Sequence record: MZ502379.1
DNA length: 64,000 nucleotides
Strand: one strand, 5' to 3'
Origin: Escherichia phage vB_EcoM_Shinka
Positions 48,858-58,902 of this stretch are shown here, in pieces. Numbering within the stretch: the stretch's first letter is position 1; each line of letters begins with the position of its first letter. A model generated the notes under the pieces. It saw only the letters and a program-made list of their open reading frames with translations, was not told where the DNA came from and searched no databases. Both the position numbers and the translations under genes were made by a program.

Positions 48858-49952
48858 ATGGCAATTGTTAAAGAAATAACTGCTGATTTAATTAAAAAGT
48901 CCGGTGAGAAAATTTCAGCCGGACAGAGTACTAAATCAGAAGTAGGAACTAAAACATACACTGCCCAGTTTCCAACTGGGCGTGCTAGTGGTAATGACAC
49001 TACAGGGGACTTCCAGGTAACAGATCTATATAAGAATGGATTATTATTTACTGCATACAATATGTCATCTAGGGATTCTGGAAGTCTTAGATCGATGAGA
49101 TCTAACTACTCTTCTTCATCTTCGAGTATTTTACGTACAGCCAGAAACACTATCAGTAATACAGTATCAAAACTGTCAAATGGATTAATATCAGATAATA
49201 ATTCAGGAACAATAAGTAAAGCTCCTGTCGCAAACATTCTTTTACCGAGATCTAAATCTGATGTTGATACATCATCGCATAGATTTAATGATGTTCAAGA
49301 AAGTCTTATCAGCAGAGGCGGAGGTACTGCTACTGGTGTGCTAAGTAATATTGCTTCAACTGCAGTATTTGGAGCACTGGAAAGTATAACACAAGGTATA
49401 ATGGCTGATAATAATGAACAGATTTATACGACAGCCAGAAGTATGTATGGTGGTGCTGAGAATAGAACTAAAGTGTTTACATGGGATTTGACTCCACGTT
49501 CAACAGAAGATTTAATGGCTATTATTAATATCTATCAATATTTTAACTATTTTTCTTATGGTGAAACAGGCAAATCTCAATATGCTGCTGAAATAAAGGG
49601 GTATTTAGATGATTGGTATCGTTCTACGTTAATTGAACCTTTATCTCCAGAAGACGCAGCTAAAAATAAAACACTATTTGAGAAAATGACATCGAGTTTA
49701 ACTAACGTTCTAGTAGTTTCAAACCCGACAATTTGGATGGTGAAAAACTTTGGTGCAACATCTAAGTTTGATGGAAAAACGGAAATATTTGGCCCATGCC
49801 AAATACAGAGTATCAGATTTGATAAAACACCTAATGGTAACTTTAACGGATTAGCTATTGCTCCAAACCTCCCTAGTACATTTACTCTCGAGATTACTAT
49901 GAGAGAAATTATCACGTTAAACCGTGCTTCTTTATATGCGGGGACTTTTTAA
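48858..49952 (+). CDS. 48: baseplate-tail tube junction protein gp48
   Basis: 364 aa; order. Confidence 0.85.
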   Translation: MAIVKEITADLIKKSGEKISAGQSTKSEVGTKTYTAQFPTGRASGNDTTGDFQVTDLYKNGLLFTAYNMSSRDSGSLRSMRSNYSSSSSSILRTARNTISNTVSKLSNGLISDNNSGTISKAPVANILLPRSKSDVDTSSHRFNDVQESLISRGGGTATGVLSNIASTAVFGALESITQGIMADNNEQIYTTARSMYGGAENRTKVFTWDLTPRSTEDLMAIINIYQYFNYFSYGETGKSQYAAEIKGYLDDWYRSTLIEPLSPEDAAKNKTLFEKMTSSLTNVLVVSNPTIWMVKNFGATSKFDGKTEIFGPCQIQSIRFDKTPNGNFNGLAIAPNLPSTFTLEITMREIITLNRASLYAGTF

Positions 49953-50917
49953 TGTATTCTTTAGAGGAATTTAATAATCAAGCAATAAACGCAGATTTCC
50001 AACGTAATAATATGTTTAGCTGCGTTTTTGCAACAACTCCATCAACTAAAAGCTCTTCGTTGATAAGTTCAATTAGCAACTTTTCTTATAATAACTTGGG
50101 CCTAAATTCAGATTGGTTAGGATTAACTCAAGGTGATATTAATCAGGGAATTACTACGCTAATTACAGCTGGCACACAAAAACTGATAAGAAAATCAGGA
50201 GTCAGTAAATATCTTATTGGTGCCATGAGTCAACGTACAGTTCAAAGTTTATTAGGCTCATTTACAGTTGGTACATATTTAATTGACTTCTTTAACATGG
50301 CATATAACTCATCTGGATTGATGATATACTCTGTAAAAATGCCAGAGAATAGATTATCCTATGAAACTGACTGGAACTATAATTCTCCTAATATTCGTAT
50401 AACTGGGAGAGAATTAGACCCTTTGGTTATTTCATTCAGAATGGATTCAGAAGCTTGTAACTATCGTGCAATGCAAGACTGGGTTAACGCTGTTCAAGAC
50501 CCAGTAACTGGACTGCGTGCTTTGCCACAAGATGTCGAGGCAGACATTCAGGTTAATCTTCATGCTCGTAATGGATTACCTCATACTGCTGTGATGTTCA
50601 CCGGATGCATTCCGGTGTCAGTGAGCGCTCCTGAGTTATCATACGATGGAGATAACCAAATAACTACATTTGATGTTACTTTTGCGTATAGAGTCATGCA
50701 GGCTGGAGCGGTTGATAGACAAGCTGCGCTTGAGTGGCTTGAATCTGCTACTATAAATGGCATTCAAAGCGTTCTCGGAAATAGCGGAGGTGTTACTGGA
50801 CTATCTAATTCGCTTTCACGACTTAGTAGATTAGGAGGAACTGCAGGAAGCATTTCAAACATTAATACTATGACAGGAATTGTCAATTCGCAAAGTAAAA
50901 TATTAGGAGCAATATAA
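49952..50917 (+). CDS. 54: baseplate-tail tube initiator gp54
   Basis: 321 aa; order. Confidence 0.85.
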   Translation: MYSLEEFNNQAINADFQRNNMFSCVFATTPSTKSSSLISSISNFSYNNLGLNSDWLGLTQGDINQGITTLITAGTQKLIRKSGVSKYLIGAMSQRTVQSLLGSFTVGTYLIDFFNMAYNSSGLMIYSVKMPENRLSYETDWNYNSPNIRITGRELDPLVISFRMDSEACNYRAMQDWVNAVQDPVTGLRALPQDVEADIQVNLHARNGLPHTAVMFTGCIPVSVSAPELSYDGDNQITTFDVTFAYRVMQAGAVDRQAALEWLESATINGIQSVLGNSGGVTGLSNSLSRLSRLGGTAGSISNINTMTGIVNSQSKILGAI

Positions 50918-50920
50918 CAA

Positions 50921-50948
50921 TGGGGACCGAAAGGTCCCCATATTTTTA
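50921..50948. terminator. terminator hairpin after gene 54
   Basis: stem TGGGGACC/GGTCCCCA, loop GAAA, then TATTTTTA. Confidence 0.6.
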
Positions 50949-51236
50949 TTTACGGAATGAAATAAAAGCAGCAACTGAAGCAACTAAACTGTCTTCAATA
51001 TAAACTTCAATTTTTACCGGAGCTTCTGACTCAAATTTACCTGTTACTACACCTTGGAAAATGCTTTCAGTCTGTTCTGGCTTTGAAAAATTTTCAGAAG
51101 GAAAAATTCCGAACTTTTTATCTGTTCCAAAAATTTTGATAAATTCGTCGTAAACCGCTTCATTAAAAGCGTTATCAGCAGGAATAACGCCTTCAACTAC
51201 AAGTTCTTGACCTAAAAAGCGTAAAGAAGATTTCAT
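50946..51236 (-). CDS. hypothetical protein (96 aa) downstream of the alt genes
   Basis: ORF with early-promoter-like motif upstream. Confidence 0.5.
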   Translation of the reverse strand: MKSSLRFLGQELVVEGVIPADNAFNEAVYDEFIKIFGTDKKFGIFPSENFSKPEQTESIFQGVVTGKFESEAPVKIEVYIEDSLVASVAAFISFRK

Positions 51237-51296
51237 TTTGTGTTCCTCATGTTATGTCAGTAAGACTACTATAACACAACACGAGGGACTTGTAAA

Positions 51297-53354
51297 CTAC
51301 ATTTTGAACTTTTTAGACATTCCGTTGATGTTAACCAAAGAAGCTAAGATTTGAGAAACTTCATTTTCCTCTTCTTTTGATTCTTCTACAAGGAATTGAT
51401 TAAATCCAGCCATTGGACGAACTTCACCAGTTTCCATTAGATGGTCTCCATCATATACTGATTCTTCTAATTGTTCAGAAGGAGGAACGATTGTACCTTC
51501 GATTAGATACTTGTTATAAGCAGTTTCTTTCATAAAGTACGTACTTACTTTATTAATCTTCAGTAAAATTCCACGCGGTAGAATAACTTCAGCTTCTGAT
51601 GGAAATCCTGATAAATGACCTGGAACGATAACTTTGATTCGCTCAGCTCCTTTAATTACCATACCCACACTAGTTTCAGCATCTTCATTAGCATATGTAG
51701 AATGACTACCCATATGCATCAAATCTTCTGCATCAACGGAACCTTCTCCTTCACCAGAAAATACTGCTCCGGAATCATCTAGAGCCATATAGTTTTTACC
51801 ATGCTCACCGAAGATATTTGGTTTAAGCGATGTGGATACGAAGTTCTTGAAATAGAACATTTTGTTTTCAATGTTATGACGCAAAGTTTTAAATGTAACT
51901 TCTTGTCCACGGTAAAGTGTAGTTCCTGGAGGAAGAACTGAACCTTTAGCGAATGCAGAATCCAACGTCTCGATGTGCTTAATAGCTCGTTCCATATATT
52001 CTTCACGGGTAGAATCTGGTTTACCCAAAAGGAACGAGTTCATTTCAACATATGAATCTGCACAATAATCTTCAATTACATCAGATTCAGCCTGAGTCAG
52101 TCCTTTTGGAGCTACTTCGGTGCTTGCGTATTCATATGCCTGGGCAGCAGATTCATTAATCAATTTATAAATGCCATTCATGACAAATTGAATAATAGCT
52201 GTCTTTTCATCTGGTGTGGTTTTAGAACCTTTAACTAAATCATTAATAATTTTCTTAATAACATCAAAGCTATTAGAAATATTAATGTCAGCAAGATCGC
52301 TTAAAATTTTATCAGTTTTATAATCAAAGAATTCTTTATTCTTTAAATATTCTTGAGAACCTTGATATGTTATATCGCTCTGCAACTTGATAGATGGATC
52401 ACGTAAACGTGCATGGGCCAATGCAATATGATTTCGGAAGCTTTCTAGTTCATAATCGTTAGATTTAAAACGAGAAGCACTTCTCATACCACCGATAGCT
52501 CCTTTGCTGAAGTTTGAACCAATCTGAATAACGCCAGAGTTCATTGGTCCTTCTGCTTTATATACCGGAACTTTAGATTCAAACTCTTGATATTTCTTAG
52601 CAGCGAAGCTATCACCCTGAAGTGAAGCATCAACAGTAGAATATTGAGCTTGTGCTGCTAATCGACGACTAATTTTAGTTTTCTGAATAACAGCTTGGTC
52701 CGTGCGCTTATCATTTTCTAAAGCAATAGAAGCAGCAACAGCGACAGCTTTAGGAACAGCATTACCTGTTTTAACATCTACATAAACATCACCGACCTTT
52801 GATTCAACTTTTGTGAATAACTCAGTTGAAATAGGAGGTACACCTGGAATGTCTTCTAAATTGGCATTTTTACGGTAAACCATAATATATGCGTACTTTT
52901 TATCATAGTCCCAGATTTCCTTTAAAAGAACATATCGACCTGCTCCTTTAGTACGTACTAAACGGTCAGCAATAACTTGCATTTGACGAGCTGCGCCATT
53001 TGTTTTACTCTTTAGTACGCGGAATAGGCATGCGTCGATTTTATACTGCTTCATTGTTTGAAGAGCAGTATCAAAAACAGCATTAATGACGCCAATTGGA
53101 TTTCCACCCAAGTTTCTAAGCTTAACCAGCGATAATTTCTCGTTGACACCTATCATTACGATATGCATCATTTTATCGCCTGGCTTAACGTTTTTATTTG
53201 TATCACCACCAGAGGTGTATGTACAAAATCTAAATCCAGGAAGCACGCTTTCTTCGCCGGCTTGGATAGCAAAAATTTGTGGTATTTTATGCTTAGGATT
53301 TAAGTTAACAACCGGCGCCGAAGCGCCGTCAAATAATTCTGTAATAAGTTCCAT
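51297..53354 (-). CDS. Alt-like ADP-ribosyltransferase, paralog 2
   Basis: 685 aa; N-terminal ~200 aa near-identical to the adjacent alt; ART-like motifs YRGQ, FVSTSL, SEAEVILPRG. Confidence 0.75.
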   Translation of the reverse strand: MELITELFDGASAPVVNLNPKHKIPQIFAIQAGEESVLPGFRFCTYTSGGDTNKNVKPGDKMMHIVMIGVNEKLSLVKLRNLGGNPIGVINAVFDTALQTMKQYKIDACLFRVLKSKTNGAARQMQVIADRLVRTKGAGRYVLLKEIWDYDKKYAYIMVYRKNANLEDIPGVPPISTELFTKVESKVGDVYVDVKTGNAVPKAVAVAASIALENDKRTDQAVIQKTKISRRLAAQAQYSTVDASLQGDSFAAKKYQEFESKVPVYKAEGPMNSGVIQIGSNFSKGAIGGMRSASRFKSNDYELESFRNHIALAHARLRDPSIKLQSDITYQGSQEYLKNKEFFDYKTDKILSDLADINISNSFDVIKKIINDLVKGSKTTPDEKTAIIQFVMNGIYKLINESAAQAYEYASTEVAPKGLTQAESDVIEDYCADSYVEMNSFLLGKPDSTREEYMERAIKHIETLDSAFAKGSVLPPGTTLYRGQEVTFKTLRHNIENKMFYFKNFVSTSLKPNIFGEHGKNYMALDDSGAVFSGEGEGSVDAEDLMHMGSHSTYANEDAETSVGMVIKGAERIKVIVPGHLSGFPSEAEVILPRGILLKINKVSTYFMKETAYNKYLIEGTIVPPSEQLEESVYDGDHLMETGEVRPMAGFNQFLVEESKEEENEVSQILASLVNINGMSKKFKM

Positions 53355-53357
53355 GAT

Positions 53358-55448
53358 TTATCCTTGAACGAACTTGTAAGGCATGTTTGTAATATCTATG
53401 CAAGACGCAATAATTCCAAGAGATGATTCTGCTTTCTGTTTAACATTTGATGAAACAAATGATGCAAAGTCAACTCTGTCTTCTATTTCACCTGTCATTG
53501 CAACTACTTCGCCGGTTTCCATTAAACGGTCACCGTCATAAATTACCGATTCGGTGAGTTCTTCGGTGGTCATAACTTCAGCTTGAATGAGTTTTGTATT
53601 GTTAGATGTTGTTCCGTCATTATTAGAAGCATCAGTTATTTTATTAACTTTGACCATCAATCCGCGCGGTAGAATAACTTCAGCTTCTGTTGCTATTCCG
53701 AGACTTCCTGGATATACAACATTAACTTTATGTGCGCCGTCAATTGCCCATCCTATTTGAACTTTAACGTATTCAGGATTTTCTTTATACGCTCTTATTT
53801 CGTTTGGATTAATAGTTATTCCTTCTTCATTTTTATCAACTGTTAATTCATTGCGAGCTTCTGGTTCTAAAAGACCAATACCAGCATGTGTAATTCCAAA
53901 ACGTCCAAAAATGATAGGAGTTAAAGAAGTAGATACAAAATTTCTGAAATAGAACACTTTATTTTTAACTAGCGCTTCATATATAGGAGCAGTCATACTT
54001 TGAGCACGATAAACTGTAATGCCTTCCGGTATACGGTCACCATTTTCAAAAGCTGAATCTAAATTATTTATAGCAGATTCAATTTCTTTTTCACTCATTG
54101 CATCATATCGTTCTGGATTGTAACGACCTAAAAGAAGATTATTAATGTCTGTATATCCTGAGCCACAATATTCTCTAATGCCGCGCTTTTGTGATGGAGT
54201 ATATTTAGAACCATCACGGGCAATAGTAATATCAATCATTGGACCAGCACCAATTCCAGAAAAACTATAAATCATTCGTTTGAGGAATTTAGTTTTTGCT
54301 GCATTCCAGGCATTTTTAGTTATTTCTCCCCAGACTTCATCTGGCTGCCCTTTACGAGTTTTATTATGTTTATCAAGCCAATTATCTTTATATTCTTCAA
54401 AGAATTTATTAATAGCTGCTGCGTATTTCTCTAAACATTTTATTGAAGTAGTTGGTTCATTTTTTATCGCGTTAAAAATTACATCTTTAATTTTTTCTGA
54501 AACTTCATCAACCTCACTTTTTGAAAAGAATTTATAGTCATAGTGAAGTTCATTCGCAGTTCCTTCGGCAATAATTTTTGCTGCCTTAATTTTAGAAGCT
54601 AATGAATTAATTCCAAGCTTCATTTCTTCTGCTTCGGGAATTAAAGGAGCGGTAGCAGGTTTATTGAAATTAGCTGCGGTAGATTCATACTTATGGAATA
54701 ATTCACTTTCAAATCTAGAAGATTCTAATGATTGACTTTGTGCAATTGCTCTACGGGAAATTTTAACTTTAACGATTACAGCTTGGTCAGAACGTTTATC
54801 ATTTTCTTGCGCAATAGATGCAGCAATTGCCTCATTTTTAGTTACTTGAGCTCCAGTATCTTTATTGATATAAACATCACCGACCTTCGATTCAACTTTA
54901 GTAAAGAGCTCGGTACTAATTTCCGGAACTCCTGGAATGTCTTCTAGTGATACATTTTTGCGATGTATAAGAATATATGCATACTTTTTATCGTAATCCC
55001 AGAGTTCCTTAAGAAGGACGTATCTGCCACCTGAACGACTACGGATAAGTCTATCAGCAATAACTTGAATTTGTCGAGCTTGGCCAGCAGTTTTAGACTT
55101 AAGAATACGAAGCATACAAGCATCAATTTTATATTGACGCATAGTTTGCATTGCAACAGTAAAAACTGAATTGATATAATTAATTGGGCTTGGACCAAGA
55201 CCTTTTAATTTAGCAATTGAACCTTTAGCAGTTAATGTAAAAGGAACAATATGCATCATTTTATCGCCCATTTTTAAATCGCGATTAGTATCACCTCCAG
55301 ATGTATAGGTACATAAACGAAAGCCTGGTTGTTCAATTGCGTCATCAACATGAACTGAAAAAATTTGTGGTATTTTCTTCTTTGGATTTAAGTTTGTAAT
55401 CGGAAGAGTAGTATCTTCGTCAAATAATTCTGTAATAAGTTCCATCAT
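53358..55448 (-). CDS. alt: Alt ADP-ribosyltransferase
   Basis: 696 aa; N-terminus MMELITELFDEDTTLPITNL...; motifs YRAQ, FVSTSL, TEAEVILPRG; adjacent to gene 30 as in T4. Confidence 0.8.
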   Translation of the reverse strand: MMELITELFDEDTTLPITNLNPKKKIPQIFSVHVDDAIEQPGFRLCTYTSGGDTNRDLKMGDKMMHIVPFTLTAKGSIAKLKGLGPSPINYINSVFTVAMQTMRQYKIDACMLRILKSKTAGQARQIQVIADRLIRSRSGGRYVLLKELWDYDKKYAYILIHRKNVSLEDIPGVPEISTELFTKVESKVGDVYINKDTGAQVTKNEAIAASIAQENDKRSDQAVIVKVKISRRAIAQSQSLESSRFESELFHKYESTAANFNKPATAPLIPEAEEMKLGINSLASKIKAAKIIAEGTANELHYDYKFFSKSEVDEVSEKIKDVIFNAIKNEPTTSIKCLEKYAAAINKFFEEYKDNWLDKHNKTRKGQPDEVWGEITKNAWNAAKTKFLKRMIYSFSGIGAGPMIDITIARDGSKYTPSQKRGIREYCGSGYTDINNLLLGRYNPERYDAMSEKEIESAINNLDSAFENGDRIPEGITVYRAQSMTAPIYEALVKNKVFYFRNFVSTSLTPIIFGRFGITHAGIGLLEPEARNELTVDKNEEGITINPNEIRAYKENPEYVKVQIGWAIDGAHKVNVVYPGSLGIATEAEVILPRGLMVKVNKITDASNNDGTTSNNTKLIQAEVMTTEELTESVIYDGDRLMETGEVVAMTGEIEDRVDFASFVSSNVKQKAESSLGIIASCIDITNMPYKFVQG

Positions 55449-55497
55449 AGCCTCTCTAGTGTTTATTCTATTTATAAAATTAAAGGCCCGAAGGCCT

Positions 55498-55686
55498 TTA
55501 ATAATCTATTGGTAAGAGAGTACGATATATTTCAAACTTTGGACCTTTTTCATAGGCATCAAATGTTTCTGTAAATTTATTATAAGCATATGCATCTACA
55601 AATTCGAGAATGACTTGTGATACAGAAGTAGAAACATCTCCACCTTCTTTTTGAGCAATGACAATTGTTTCTAAGTAAGCTTTCAT
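55498..55686 (-). CDS. hypothetical small protein (62 aa)
   Basis: ATG overlaps the ligase stop (ATGA), suggesting translational coupling. Confidence 0.45.
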   Translation of the reverse strand: MKAYLETIVIAQKEGGDVSTSVSQVILEFVDAYAYNKFTETFDAYEKGPKFEIYRTLLPIDY

Positions 55687-57146
55687 AGACCAGTTACCTC
55701 ATGAAAATCACCAAATACATCCTCGAACGTATTAGCTTTAGTTTTATCTTCACGTAAACGAATCGCAATCGGAAGAAATAATTTAACGTAATCAGTGCGA
55801 CCATCAGATTTTAACCAACCGTTGCATTCGCACTCTAGAATTTTTCCAATATAATAATTTTGATTTTCCATAATGCGAGTACGATCAAGTTCATGCGATT
55901 TTACACCGGCTTTATCTTTTAAGCCTGAACCAGCATTTACTTTAATTTTTCCACACTCTGATTCAAGAACGAAACCACCTGCTTTAGTAGGGTCTTTACG
56001 GTGAGGATAAATTCCTACAATTTTTAAATCAACATCAATTACTTCTTTGAATTTATAGAGATTTTTTGAACGAGCATTTTCCCATAATCCATCGATATTT
56101 TTGAGAATAATACCTTCAAGACCTTGGTCAATATACTTTTTGTAAATTACCTTAGCTTCATCTATGTTATTTACTAATTGGTTTTCAATTAAAATTACTT
56201 TATCATAGCCTGATGTCATTTGTTCTAGTTTAGAAAAACGTACATCATATTTTAAACGAAATGCTGGAAGACCATATATTTCTACTAATGGAACATAGTC
56301 CCAGACCTGAAACTTCATGCATTGTGCTTCTTTTTCAGAAATGGTTCCCTTTAAAGATTTATTGGCGATGCCATTAGATGCAGTACGTGATTCAGCTACT
56401 TCGGCGAATTCTTTAGCTTTACTAATTTCAGGATAAGCATCAAAAAGAAAATCTAGGCCTTCTGGTTCCTTTTCAACTTGCTCATGGTATACCAATTCGC
56501 CATCAATTAACACACCTTCTGGATGAATCTGGCGGGCTTCAGCGGTCATTTTGATTAACTCTTCCTTAAGAAGATCTAATCCTAGATATTCATTACCAGC
56601 TCGTGATAAAAGACGGACATCATCTAATTCATCACCTCTAACTTCAGCAAAACACCGAGCTCCATCTGCTTTTAATTGTGCAAAGGCTGGAAATTTGATA
56701 TTCTTACTAATGCCTTTTTCATCATAAGAACTTGCGAGCATTTGAGGTTGTTCAGGAATTAAACCTGGCCAAACTTTGTTTGCAATAGATACTGAAGCAC
56801 CACATTCAAGGTCTCGCATCATCACTCGACGCAAAACTTCAACATCATCTTTTTTACCATCGGTGATGTATCCAGTTAATTCCTCAATCGCCGCATTTCC
56901 AGTCAATTTCCGAGTAGCTAACGTGAATTCAATGAAGTCAAGCATATCGGTAAGAGTCAACATTCCAAAACTCTGGGTAGCAATACCAGGTTTAGGCCAT
57001 TTCTTGATATAATACTGTAACCCACGAGAATAAGTCAGACGATATACTCGTTTAAGCAATTCATTATCTTTATTCTTTTCAAGAATTGCTTGCTTCTGCT
57101 TAGTTGAACCAATAGATGCTATTTCGTTCAGAATTTTAAGAATCAT
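55683..57146 (-). CDS. 30: ATP-dependent DNA ligase gp30
   Basis: 487 aa; N-terminus MILKILNEIASIGSTKQKQAILEKN; adenylation motif KADGARC. Confidence 0.95.
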   Translation of the reverse strand: MILKILNEIASIGSTKQKQAILEKNKDNELLKRVYRLTYSRGLQYYIKKWPKPGIATQSFGMLTLTDMLDFIEFTLATRKLTGNAAIEELTGYITDGKKDDVEVLRRVMMRDLECGASVSIANKVWPGLIPEQPQMLASSYDEKGISKNIKFPAFAQLKADGARCFAEVRGDELDDVRLLSRAGNEYLGLDLLKEELIKMTAEARQIHPEGVLIDGELVYHEQVEKEPEGLDFLFDAYPEISKAKEFAEVAESRTASNGIANKSLKGTISEKEAQCMKFQVWDYVPLVEIYGLPAFRLKYDVRFSKLEQMTSGYDKVILIENQLVNNIDEAKVIYKKYIDQGLEGIILKNIDGLWENARSKNLYKFKEVIDVDLKIVGIYPHRKDPTKAGGFVLESECGKIKVNAGSGLKDKAGVKSHELDRTRIMENQNYYIGKILECECNGWLKSDGRTDYVKLFLPIAIRLREDKTKANTFEDVFGDFHEVTGL

Positions 57147-57412
57147 TGTTCATCCTTTAGAGTTTGGTTTACAGCTCTATTATAAATCAATTCATCATTA
57201 AGCTCAGTCAAAGACCTGTGGTACGTTGTTCTAACTTTATTTCCTTGCATCCAGTGCTTGACGTAAATGAAACCTTGCTCTACACATTTTTTAAAAATTC
57301 GTTCGTCTTTTTGAGCTCGGAATTCTGGATTGCATCTAAAAAATTGATTTACGTGACCGTAATCACGTGTAGTATTACCTTCATTTTCATAAATAGTGTG
57401 AACGACAAACAT
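57143..57412 (-). CDS. hypothetical protein (89 aa)
   Basis: first ORF of the 30.x-position cluster. Confidence 0.55.
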   Translation of the reverse strand: MFVVHTIYENEGNTTRDYGHVNQFFRCNPEFRAQKDERIFKKCVEQGFIYVKHWMQGNKVRTTYHRSLTELNDELIYNRAVNQTLKDEQ

Positions 57413-58248
57413 TAGAATGCTCCTTGGAAAATATTATCACCACTAGTAGGTCTATTATACAAATACTCTATGCCACCAGGTTTAATATAGTTCCATGTCT
57501 GAAACGGATGCGTCTGATATGGATGATATGGATGATATGGATTAAATCCAGGAGTTCTCCAGGTAGTGTTCCAAGGAAAAGAATCGTTTTTAATCATCTT
57601 TTCAATTACATCTTTTATAGCTTTTTCACTATCAAAACTTTCTTTATTTTCCTTCGGTGAAAAAAGCTTATTTTCTACATCATTCCATGTATAAACTCGC
57701 TGAGCAGTTTTTGGAATATTGTCACGCTCTCCTCGAGCCATCCAATAAACAGGAACATTTAATATTTCACTCGCATGATCGCAATGGTGAGCGAGATCGT
57801 CAATATAACAAATCACGTTATATTTCTCTTTTGCCTTTTTAAACAACTCTTCTTTTGAAGAATCATGACCACACATCAGTACTTCTGAGAAGGCACCAGG
57901 AAAAAGAGCGTTTAAATTAAATTGACGATTCAGCAGAGCGTCAATAGAATCACCCAATGCTGTAACAGCTACAAAATTATAATCTTCTTTTAATTTGTTA
58001 ATTACACACAGAGCATCTTTATATGGAGACAAGTAACGAATAAAATCTGAACGATTGTATTTTTCAATTAGCTTGACGCCAAGTTCTTCGTCACAATTAA
58101 AGAGTTTACCTGGAGAAATAAATTTCTCATCCTGGATCATTTTTAAAATATGTTCTAACGGAAGATTATATTTCTGAGCAAAATAAGGAAGACCTGATTG
58201 CCAGCTTAAACATACTCCATCAATATCAGTTAAAATAGTAGGCTTCAT
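57412..58248 (-). CDS. HAD-superfamily hydrolase-like protein with C-terminal PYH repeats
   Basis: motif I DIDGV near N-terminus, later YIDDLAHH; C-terminal PYHPYHPYQTHP. Confidence 0.6.
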   Translation of the reverse strand: MKPTILTDIDGVCLSWQSGLPYFAQKYNLPLEHILKMIQDEKFISPGKLFNCDEELGVKLIEKYNRSDFIRYLSPYKDALCVINKLKEDYNFVAVTALGDSIDALLNRQFNLNALFPGAFSEVLMCGHDSSKEELFKKAKEKYNVICYIDDLAHHCDHASEILNVPVYWMARGERDNIPKTAQRVYTWNDVENKLFSPKENKESFDSEKAIKDVIEKMIKNDSFPWNTTWRTPGFNPYHPYHPYQTHPFQTWNYIKPGGIEYLYNRPTSGDNIFQGAF

Positions 58249-58709
58249 AGAGAGTCTCTTAATAGGTTTAACACATCAATAAATTCAGCTTCGGTTAGTA
58301 TTGTATCATCTTTTGTTAGACCACTAGCCATGCTGTGCTTCAAAACTTTTCCTTTCGAGGCTTGTAATGCATCACGAAAGCCCTTGTTTTGAATCGCTGC
58401 TTCAAAATATGCATTTGTGTATAATTCTTTCCACGCCGGGGAGTATCTTGAAAATGGAACTCCAAGCCAGAAGAGGGTCCCACGGTCCTGAGCTCTAGCA
58501 TAAGACCTTCCAGCTTGTTGAGCGGCAAGCCCGGATAACCCAAATATACGACGTTGTTGTTCAACGTTTTTCACCTTGCATCCTTGGAGGAATCCTTCAA
58601 GACCTCCAAATTGAATACCATCCATAACGAAAGGCCAATGGGCGAAATTACTTAATGCACATGATGGCCACCTAAAATTACTTCTAATCTCTAACTCAGA
58701 CATTTTCAA
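58245..58709 (-). CDS. NADAR (YbiA-like) domain protein
   Basis: 154 aa; SNFAHWPF...DG..F...E.F.Q..K pattern typical of YbiA/NADAR. Confidence 0.6.
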   Translation of the reverse strand: MKMSELEIRSNFRWPSCALSNFAHWPFVMDGIQFGGLEGFLQGCKVKNVEQQRRIFGLSGLAAQQAGRSYARAQDRGTLFWLGVPFSRYSPAWKELYTNAYFEAAIQNKGFRDALQASKGKVLKHSMASGLTKDDTILTEAEFIDVLNLLRDSL

Positions 58710-58902
58710 TGCTTATAATTTCAACATCAGCCCAATGACCATAGTTTGGTAGACGAAATTCAACTGGCCAGTCACTGCCTTTTTCTAATATAATAGACTC
58801 AATTTGTGGTTCTTCATGTTCATCGGTATATGGATTTTTATCTGTTACTTTATATGTGACCTTAATGTACTGAATTCCAAAAATCTTATTAATTATATTC
58901 AT
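58696..58902 (-). CDS. hypothetical protein (68 aa)
   Basis: ORF in overlapping early gene string. Confidence 0.5.
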   Translation of the reverse strand: MNIINKIFGIQYIKVTYKVTDKNPYTDEHEEPQIESIILEKGSDWPVEFRLPNYGHWADVEIISIENV

